64,000 bases of DNA from Gaiellales bacterium (GTDB taxonomy: Bacteria; Actinomycetota; Thermoleophilia; BMS3ABIN01). A program made the position numbers and the translations under genes. This document shows positions 29,648 through 36,270 of this stretch, one piece after another. The stretch is from contig QZKG01000047.1 of the NCBI GenBank assembly GCA_003599855.1, positions 1,037-65,036 of the forward strand, given 5' to 3'. The notes beneath the pieces were generated by a model, which made no database searches, was not told the origin of the DNA, and saw only the letters and a program-made list of their open reading frames with translations. The first letter of the stretch is position 1, and each line of letters starts with the position of its first letter.

Positions 29648-30976
29648 GTGCTGGAAAGAACTGAAGTCAAACCATTCCGCGGCCTGCGCTACGACCCGGA
29701 CAGGATAAGCAGCCTGTCGAACGTGATCACTCCTCCCTACGACGTGATCACCCCCGACGCGCAGAACCATTTCCACGAGAAAGACCCCTACAGCTCCATC
29801 CGCCTCGACTTCGGCCATGGCTCGGATGACCCCCGGGTGGAAGGTAACCGTTACGTTCGCGCAGCCGCCCGCCTTGACGAGTGGCTGGAGGCCGGGGTGC
29901 TGAAACCTGATGCGAAACCTGCTTATTACTGGTGCCGCGAGGAGTTCAGGACGCCGGACGGCAACGCCGCTGTGCGCGAGGGTTTTTTCGCCGCCCTGGG
30001 ACTGGTGGACTTCTCCCATGGCGCCGTGCTGCCGCACGAGTACACCTCGCCGGGGCCCAAAGCCGACCGCATGGCCCTGATGAGCGCCACGGAGGCCAAC
30101 CTGAGCCCGATCTTCTGTCTCTATCCGGACCCTGAGCGGGAGCTGGACGGGTTACTGGCAGACCACCTGAGCCGGGACCCGGACGCCGAGGCAACCGATG
30201 AAGCCGGCACTCGCCACTCCCTGTGGGTGATAGACGACGATGAGACAGTGGACGGCATCAGCAGTTTCATGGCAGGGCAGAGGCTCATGATCGCCGACGG
30301 CCACCACCGTTACGAGACCGCGCTGGCTTACCGCGACGAACGTCGGGGCCGGGACGGCAGCTCAGAGCCGCAGCCCTATGATTACATGATGACCTACCTC
30401 TCCAGCGGCGACGCCGACGACATGACGATCTTACCCCTGCACCGCCTGATATCAGGCCTGACGACGGAGACTCTGGCTGCATTGCCGGCGGCGCTGGAAG
30501 AGATGTTCGAAGTAGAGCCGGTCAGCATGGAGGAAGGTATCGACACCCTGCTCGGGAAGATGGCCGGGCGCGGCGCCGAGCGCAACGCCTTCGGCATGCA
30601 CATAGCTGGCAGTGACAATTTCTATCTTCTGGTCGCCAGGCAGCCGCGGCCGATCATCCCCGAGACCGCCGGCCAGCCATCCGCCTCCTGGCGCTCCCTG
30701 GACGTGGCCGTGCTCGACCGCATCATCCTGGCCCAGGTCCTGGATATCCAGCCCGGAAGCGCTAACGAAGACGCCAGCGTCCGCTTCGTCGAGAGGGCGG
30801 AGACGAGCCCGGAGGAGTTCGCCAAAGCCGAGCACCAGGTGATGATACTGCTGAACCCCACGACGATGGAAGAAGTGCGGGCAGTCTCGGAAGCAGGCGA
30901 GAAGATGCCCAGGAAGTCCACCTACTTCTACCCCAAGCCAGTCACCGGGCTGGTATTCAGGAGCTTGCGCTACTGA
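29648..30976 (+). CDS. DUF1015 family protein
   Basis: PFRGLRY, PPYDVI, PHEYT, IADGHHRYETA, MPRKSTYFYPK. Confidence 0.92.
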   Translation: MLERTEVKPFRGLRYDPDRISSLSNVITPPYDVITPDAQNHFHEKDPYSSIRLDFGHGSDDPRVEGNRYVRAAARLDEWLEAGVLKPDAKPAYYWCREEFRTPDGNAAVREGFFAALGLVDFSHGAVLPHEYTSPGPKADRMALMSATEANLSPIFCLYPDPERELDGLLADHLSRDPDAEATDEAGTRHSLWVIDDDETVDGISSFMAGQRLMIADGHHRYETALAYRDERRGRDGSSEPQPYDYMMTYLSSGDADDMTILPLHRLISGLTTETLAALPAALEEMFEVEPVSMEEGIDTLLGKMAGRGAERNAFGMHIAGSDNFYLLVARQPRPIIPETAGQPSASWRSLDVAVLDRIILAQVLDIQPGSANEDASVRFVERAETSPEEFAKAEHQVMILLNPTTMEEVRAVSEAGEKMPRKSTYFYPKPVTGLVFRSLRY

Positions 30977-31062
30977 AACCAAAGCCGCGGCGCGGTTTCA
31001 ACGTGCCTTGGCGGTATGCTAGACTATGTCCCCGGTTCGCAGGCTGCAGCCGCGTGACATAA

Positions 31063-31138
<76 letters not shown>

Positions 31139-31197
31139 AGCTCCAATGAGAAAAGCAGCCACTACGGCTGCACCTACATCACACGCGGTCGCTCTCT

Positions 31198-31410
31198 TCA
31201 CCTGATTATCTCCACCAACAGTCGCACTATGAATACCGTGGCGAGCAGCAGCATCATCACAGCCGTCAGTCCGTAGATGAAGGAGATGGCTGCTGTTTCC
31301 GTCTTGCCGCGGCGTCTGTGGTAATAACGGGCTACACCGGCGGAGCCGCTCACTGCCAGTACCGTCACCAGCAGCCCCAGGAACCACGATGATGTCGTCC
31401 ACGCGAACAA
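31198..31410 (-). CDS. Small two-TM membrane protein, unknown function
   Basis: AAGGAGG RBS before TTG; two hydrophobic helices separated by a basic loop (YYHRRRGK). Confidence 0.65.
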   Translation of the reverse strand: MFAWTTSSWFLGLLVTVLAVSGSAGVARYYHRRRGKTETAAISFIYGLTAVMMLLLATVFIVRLLVEIIR

Positions 31411-31521
31411 TGATCCTCCTTGCGTCTATGGCATAAATCTATCGTTTCCTTTCCCGGCCAGTCAACAATATGAACCTGCATGGGGATGACACGGATCTGC
31501 GGATAGACCTGCAACAGGAAT

Positions 31522-31551
31522 GACGAAGGGCCGCTGGCGCGGCCCTTCGTC
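31522..31551. terminator. Hairpin downstream of the GH26 gene
   Basis: GACGAAGGGCCGC-TGGC-GCGGCCCTTCGTC, perfect 13-bp stem. Confidence 0.7.
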
Positions 31552-31583
31552 TGCGACAATAGTCTGGGCTGCTATTGCCGTCG

Positions 31584-34046
31584 CTACATAGAGGCCCCAG
31601 GCAGTTCGTCGAAGGAGTTGTAGTAGGTCGTCCTCTGGCTAACGACCAGCGGCTGTCCTTCGACGCTGCTCTTGACCTGGACCGGGCCGTTCATCTGGCC
31701 CGGGAAAGTCGGCGTTACCCGCCCGCCGGCCGGGACGTTATAGCGCCCCACCAGCTGGTTGCCGATCTTTATATCTACCACGGCTTCCTCCTGGCTCTGG
31801 TTGCCCACCAGAATCCAGGTCTTCATGCCGGTGGAGGCGTTGTCGTACCACGCGAACCACTGGTCGCAGTTGAGCTCGGCCGGCGTGACCCCGGGGACTT
31901 CCTCGAAGGAGCCGCGGAATACCGAGCGCTCGCTCACCATGAGCGGCTGTCCATTGCTGGACACGACCCGCACCGGGCCGTTCATCAGATTCGGGAAGTT
32001 GGGCGTGACCCTGCCGCCGGCCGGGACGTTATAGAAGCCTGCCAGCTGCCCGCCGATATAGACGCCTACCTGGGCGGTCTGGGTACCCTGATTGCCGATA
32101 ACGACCCAGGTCTTCATGCCGGCGCTCTGCTGGTCGTACCATGTGAAGTGATACTCGGTCCCGAGCTCTGCCGCCGTACGGCTCCTGACCTCATTGAAGG
32201 TGCCGTTATAGGTGACCCGCTCGCTGACCGTGAGCGGCTGGCCATTGCTGCTGACCACGCGCACCGGACCGTCCATCACGCCATGGTATTGAGGCGCGAC
32301 GCTGCCGCCGGCAGGCACCGAGTAGTGCCCGACGTTGCGACCGGCGATGAACACATCGACCTCAGCGGTGCGGCTGCCCTGATTGCCCACCATCAGCCAG
32401 GTGTTCATGCCCTGGCTCACCTGGTCATACCAGGACAGGTAATGTTCCGTACCGAGATCGGCCTGGGGTGTGGCCGGCAGTTCCGAGAACGAACCGTTCA
32501 TGGTCACCCTTTCACTCACCAGCAGCTCGCGTCCCGCAAGAGAGACCACCTTCACCGGGCCTTTGGCGACACCGGCATACCTGGGGGTCACCCGCTCGTG
32601 AGCGGCTACATGATAGCTTCCCATGAACGACCCGCCGATATAGACTTCCACGTCCTGCCCCGTTTCGGTCGGATTGCCGATCACGAGCCAGGTCCTCATG
32701 CCCGGGGATGCGTTGTCATACCAGCCGAAGAAATAGTTCTTCTCGTGGCTGTTATCCACGGTCACTTCCACAGATCGGGTGCTCGTGTTGCCGGTAGCGT
32801 CGTAGGCCTTTGCGGTCACAGAGTAAGAACCATCAGCCAGAGAGCGGGTATAGATATGCGAGCCATAGGGCGCCGAAGTCTTTGTATCGATCAGCCTGTC
32901 GCCGACGTACAGCTCCACCTTGCTGATGCCGCTGCCATCAGAAGCCGAGATCTCGACGGCAACCGTGCCAGAAAGAGTCGCACCCGGTGACGGTGAATCG
33001 ACAGATACCACCGGCGGCTCCGAGTCCGGCAGGCTCACAGCCTGCCGGAATGCATCCAGGCTCTGCTGGGAACTGTTGATACGCCAGTCCGTTTCCTTGT
33101 TGATGTGGAACCAGGTCACCATCTCCATCTTCGGGAATCTGGAGGGGATGATGCTGAAAGCGTCGGTTATCCAGCGGGCCTTGCCGCCGTTCTGGGCATT
33201 GCCTCCGATCTCAGTGGAGGCCGTCTCGCTGACTACGATCGGCTTGCCGGTACGCTGTACCGCTACGTCGTAGCTGTACTTGAAGACTTCTTCGAAGCTC
33301 TGCCACGACGAGGTCCAGGTTGGCGTGTTGTACATGGTCCCCCAGTTGTACCCGTTGATACCTACGTAGTCCACGTAGCTGTCGCCCGGGTAGTAGGTAT
33401 CGAAGATGCTGTTGGCATCGGCGTAGGAACCGGCGCGGTTAGGCGACCAGATGAACTTGACATTGTCGGCGCCTTCCTGCCGGAAGATGTCGTGGATATG
33501 CCGCCACGCCGGTATATAGTCGGCTGGCGAGTTGCCGTTGGCGGTGCCGCCCCAGGCGACCCAGTCACCGTTCATCTCACACATGGGCCGGAAATAGATC
33601 GTATAGCCGAAATCCCTCAATTCACGCGCCCAGCGGCGGATCTGAGTGTCGTGGTTGCCTGCGGTAATAGTATTAAGCCGGTATTCAGGCTGGTTGTTGG
33701 GATCCTTGGCGAAGTTATGCGGTTCCCAGGAAAGCTGGATGATGCGCCCCTCTTCAGCATACGGCCTGAATGTGTCGGCATAGAATGATTCACTGATCGA
33801 TTCGTACCAGAGAAACACGTCGATCTGACGGCCGACCGTGGACTCGAACTGGTGGATATCATCGATCGTCGGCAACTGCTCGTCGGGAAACTCCGGGTCG
33901 GGGAAGAACACGCCGACCTTGAGTTGTGACGGCTCGACTGCGACGGCGTTTCCCGCGGGGATCGTAACGAAGATCGTCAGAGATATGAGCGCCGCAGCAA
34001 TCAAGACAACGGCGGAGATGCTGGCTGTGATGCGAGCCCTTGACAT
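31584..34046 (-). CDS. Secreted GH26 glycoside hydrolase with Ig-like (Big) domain and four C-terminal ~96-aa repeats
   Basis: Signal peptide; SWEP, FRPMCEMNGDW, WSPN, YYPGDSYVDYVGINGYN, KPIVVSET; PPVVSVDSPSPG..DG.Y..TAKAYD..GN. Confidence 0.88.
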   Translation of the reverse strand: MSRARITASISAVVLIAAALISLTIFVTIPAGNAVAVEPSQLKVGVFFPDPEFPDEQLPTIDDIHQFESTVGRQIDVFLWYESISESFYADTFRPYAEEGRIIQLSWEPHNFAKDPNNQPEYRLNTITAGNHDTQIRRWARELRDFGYTIYFRPMCEMNGDWVAWGGTANGNSPADYIPAWRHIHDIFRQEGADNVKFIWSPNRAGSYADANSIFDTYYPGDSYVDYVGINGYNWGTMYNTPTWTSSWQSFEEVFKYSYDVAVQRTGKPIVVSETASTEIGGNAQNGGKARWITDAFSIIPSRFPKMEMVTWFHINKETDWRINSSQQSLDAFRQAVSLPDSEPPVVSVDSPSPGATLSGTVAVEISASDGSGISKVELYVGDRLIDTKTSAPYGSHIYTRSLADGSYSVTAKAYDATGNTSTRSVEVTVDNSHEKNYFFGWYDNASPGMRTWLVIGNPTETGQDVEVYIGGSFMGSYHVAAHERVTPRYAGVAKGPVKVVSLAGRELLVSERVTMNGSFSELPATPQADLGTEHYLSWYDQVSQGMNTWLMVGNQGSRTAEVDVFIAGRNVGHYSVPAGGSVAPQYHGVMDGPVRVVSSNGQPLTVSERVTYNGTFNEVRSRTAAELGTEYHFTWYDQQSAGMKTWVVIGNQGTQTAQVGVYIGGQLAGFYNVPAGGRVTPNFPNLMNGPVRVVSSNGQPLMVSERSVFRGSFEEVPGVTPAELNCDQWFAWYDNASTGMKTWILVGNQSQEEAVVDIKIGNQLVGRYNVPAGGRVTPTFPGQMNGPVQVKSSVEGQPLVVSQRTTYYNSFDELPGASM
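31590..32745 (-). repeat. Four tandem protein repeats (Y.F.WYD..S.GM.TW..IGNQ..V.V.IGG...G.Y.VPAGGRVTP....GPV.V.S.NGQPL.VSER....SF.E.P)
   Basis: Directly visible in the translation of 31584-34046. Confidence 0.9.
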
Positions 34047-34070
34047 GCCCAGAAGTCAAGCCTCCTCGGC

Positions 34071-34151
34071 GGCGGCCAGGCTGTCCTAGTCAAAAGACCT
34101 TAGACCCTTGGCTTTGCGCCACCCTGTTTCCAGAGTTTTGCCCTTGTCACC
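34071..34151 (-). ncRNA. Cyclic di-GMP-I (GEMM-I) riboswitch upstream of the GH26 gene
   Basis: Minus strand GGTGACAAGGGCAAAACTCTG-GAAA-CAGGGTGGCGCAAAGCCAAGGGTCTAAGGTCTTTTGACTAGGACAGCCTGGCCGCC: GGCAAA, GNRA loop, GCAAAGCC, TCTAA receptor. Confidence 0.92.
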
Positions 34152-34212
34152 TGGAGTTTGGCTTCTCCCCCGCAACCATACCGAGGTGCGGTCAGTTCCC
34201 TAACCAATCCTT

Positions 34213-34239
34213 GTATCGACCCCCGGGTAGCATGCTTTA
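34213..34239 (-). promoter_or_regulatory. Sigma-28 (FliA/SigD/WhiG)-type promoter for the riboswitch-GH26 transcript
   Basis: Minus strand TAAA-N15-GTCGATAC versus consensus TAAA-N15/16-GCCGATAA. Confidence 0.6.
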
Positions 34240-34454
34240 ACGAAAAAAGGTTTAATAACGTGTCGCCCGCGCCGCAGGTTGTTATTTTCCCCGGCCGGCC
34301 GATATCAAGTTTAAGCGGACCTCCCATATGGAATATTGAATTACGGCGACTGTTATGCCACTATGTTAATGGCAGACCGATACGCAGACGCTTCCGCGAA
34401 AGCGGCTTTTAGGGTATTCCATGAGTGGGGAGGCGAAAGCGGAGGTCGGCCAAA

Positions 34455-36008
34455 TTGAAACAAGTTAAGACACTGACTATTTTCGGGACCAGGCCTGAGG
34501 TGATCAAGCTTGCTCCCGTTATTTTTCAGCTCGACGCTTCTCCTCATTTCGATTCCGTCCTCGTCTCCACTGGCCAGCACCGGGAGATGCTGCAGCAAGC
34601 GATGGCCCAGTTCGGCATCGAGCCTGATTTCAACCTGGATATCATGAAGCCAGGCCAGGCGCTGAGCGATATCACCGTCGAATCCCTGCGGGGCACCGAG
34701 CAACTGATAGCTGAAGAGGAGCCGGATCTCGTCATTGTGCAGGGTGATACGACCACCGCCTTCGCCGGTTGTCTGGCTGCTTTTTACCAGCAGAAGTCCG
34801 TAGCCCATGTCGAGGCCGGGCTCCGGACATACGACAAGTACCGTCCGTTCCCCGAGGAGATCAACCGTTCGATGATCACCCAGCTGGCGGACCTCAACTT
34901 CGTCCCGACGCTCACCGCCTGGGACAGCCTCCGCCGGGAGGGTATATCCGATGACAGGATATTCATCACCGGCAACACGGTGATCGACGCGCTGTACTAT
35001 ATGGTGAAGCCGCAGTACTCCTTCATCAACGAAACCCTGCGCACAGTTGACATGGACAAGCGGGTTGTGGTGGTCACTTCACACCGTCGCGAGAACTTCG
35101 GTGAGCCGATCAGGGAGATCTGTGCCGGCGTCGCTGAGCTGGCACAGCGGTTCGAGGATATTGAGATAGTCTTCACGGTCCACCGCAACCCCAAAGTGCG
35201 GATGCCGGTTGAAAGCATGCTGGGCGGTTTTCCGCGAGTCCATCTGGTCGACCCGCTCGACTACCCCGACATGGTAAACCTGCTGTCTCGTTGCTACATG
35301 GTCCTTACCGACTCTGGGGGGCTTCAGGAGGAGGCCCCGGCGCTCGCCAAGCCAGTCCTGGTGCTGCGGGACGTCACCGAGCGCCCTGAAGCCGTCCAGG
35401 TGGGAATGGCGCGGGTCATCGGCACCTCCAGCAGAGCCGTGGTCGCGTCGGCTTCCGAGCTGCTGGACGACAGGGCGGCATACGAATCTATGGCGAGGGG
35501 CATCAGCCCCTACGGCGACGGCAAGGCGGCCGAGCGCATCATCGGAGCTATCGAGTATTCAAACGGCATAAGGGCGGATATGCCCGAGCCGTTCGTGAGC
35601 TGGCCGGCGCTGCCGGTAACGGGTGACCCGGCCGTAATCGAGCATCCCGCCAGTGACGAACTGTTCTACCGACAGCTGGACGAAAGGATCGCCAGGGCCA
35701 GGAAACAGAGGCGAAAGGTCTCGGTCGCTACTTTCGATCTGACCAGGACAGACAATCTCCAGTTCAACCAGGCAGTCAAAGCGATCACGCACAGCCTGCG
35801 TGAATCGGACACCGCAGCGGCCCTCGAGGGAAGACGCCTGGTGCTGGTCCTTCCAGGCGCGGGCGAAGAGCAGGCCCAGCGCGCTGCAGACAGGCTGCTC
35901 GAACAGCTGTCCGAGCCGCTCCACGGGCTCGAGGATGCCCTTAGCGTCGACATCAAGACGTACGAGAACGACGAACGGGAAGTCGACAGCACGGCGGCGA
36001 TCGGATGA
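34455..36008 (+). CDS. wecB: UDP-N-acetylglucosamine 2-epimerase fused to a C-terminal degenerate GGDEF domain with RxxD I-site
   Basis: FGTRPEVIK, TGQHREM, VQGDT, HVEAGLRT, PFPEE.NR, TDSGGLQEE, TERPE, PYGDG; about 140 extra aa containing LRESD-TAAAL-EGRRL. TTG 34455 follows GGAGG (alternative start GTG 34425). Confidence 0.9.
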   Translation: MKQVKTLTIFGTRPEVIKLAPVIFQLDASPHFDSVLVSTGQHREMLQQAMAQFGIEPDFNLDIMKPGQALSDITVESLRGTEQLIAEEEPDLVIVQGDTTTAFAGCLAAFYQQKSVAHVEAGLRTYDKYRPFPEEINRSMITQLADLNFVPTLTAWDSLRREGISDDRIFITGNTVIDALYYMVKPQYSFINETLRTVDMDKRVVVVTSHRRENFGEPIREICAGVAELAQRFEDIEIVFTVHRNPKVRMPVESMLGGFPRVHLVDPLDYPDMVNLLSRCYMVLTDSGGLQEEAPALAKPVLVLRDVTERPEAVQVGMARVIGTSSRAVVASASELLDDRAAYESMARGISPYGDGKAAERIIGAIEYSNGIRADMPEPFVSWPALPVTGDPAVIEHPASDELFYRQLDERIARARKQRRKVSVATFDLTRTDNLQFNQAVKAITHSLRESDTAAALEGRRLVLVLPGAGEEQAQRAADRLLEQLSEPLHGLEDALSVDIKTYENDEREVDSTAAIG

Positions 36009-36047
36009 GCGGCAGCGTGTATATAAACTGAAGGGAAGCGGGAATAT

Positions 36048-36075
36048 TAAGTTAAGACGTTGGACTGGCCGAAAC
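36048..36075 (+). promoter_or_regulatory. Sigma-28-type promoter upstream of the LPXTG micropeptide and synthase genes
   Basis: TAAG-N16-GCCGAAAC, 33 nt upstream of the ATG at 36109. Confidence 0.55.
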
Positions 36076-36108
36076 AATCTGAGTAATGGATACGAGGAGG
36101 TGTAAGAG

Positions 36109-36228
36109 ATGTACGGAGCATTACTTCCGGTTACCGGAATCGCGATAGGCCTCTACCTCGTAGTGGCGATTATAGTAGTGATAGTCGGCTCGCTGATGAA
36201 GCTTAGGGGAGGGCGCGAGAAGAGCTGA
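36109..36228 (+). CDS. 39-aa micropeptide consisting of an LPXTG sorting signal
   Basis: Not in the ORF track. GAGGAGG RBS; MYGAL-LPVTG-IAIGLYLVVAIIVVIVGSLM-KLRGGREKS. Confidence 0.75.
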   Translation: MYGALLPVTGIAIGLYLVVAIIVVIVGSLMKLRGGREKS

Positions 36229-36270
36229 TCCAGCGCTGTCTGTATCAACGCAAGCCCCATTTTCGGAATA

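Noticed and set aside
35600-35625. LPVTG in the WecB linker, identical to the micropeptide motif
   Set aside because: Cytoplasmic protein with no following TM or basic tail, and different codons; probably coincidence.
35660-35990. Active diguanylate cyclase domain
   Set aside because: The GG(D/E)EF motif is replaced by EGRRL and the DxDxFKxxND motif is degenerate.
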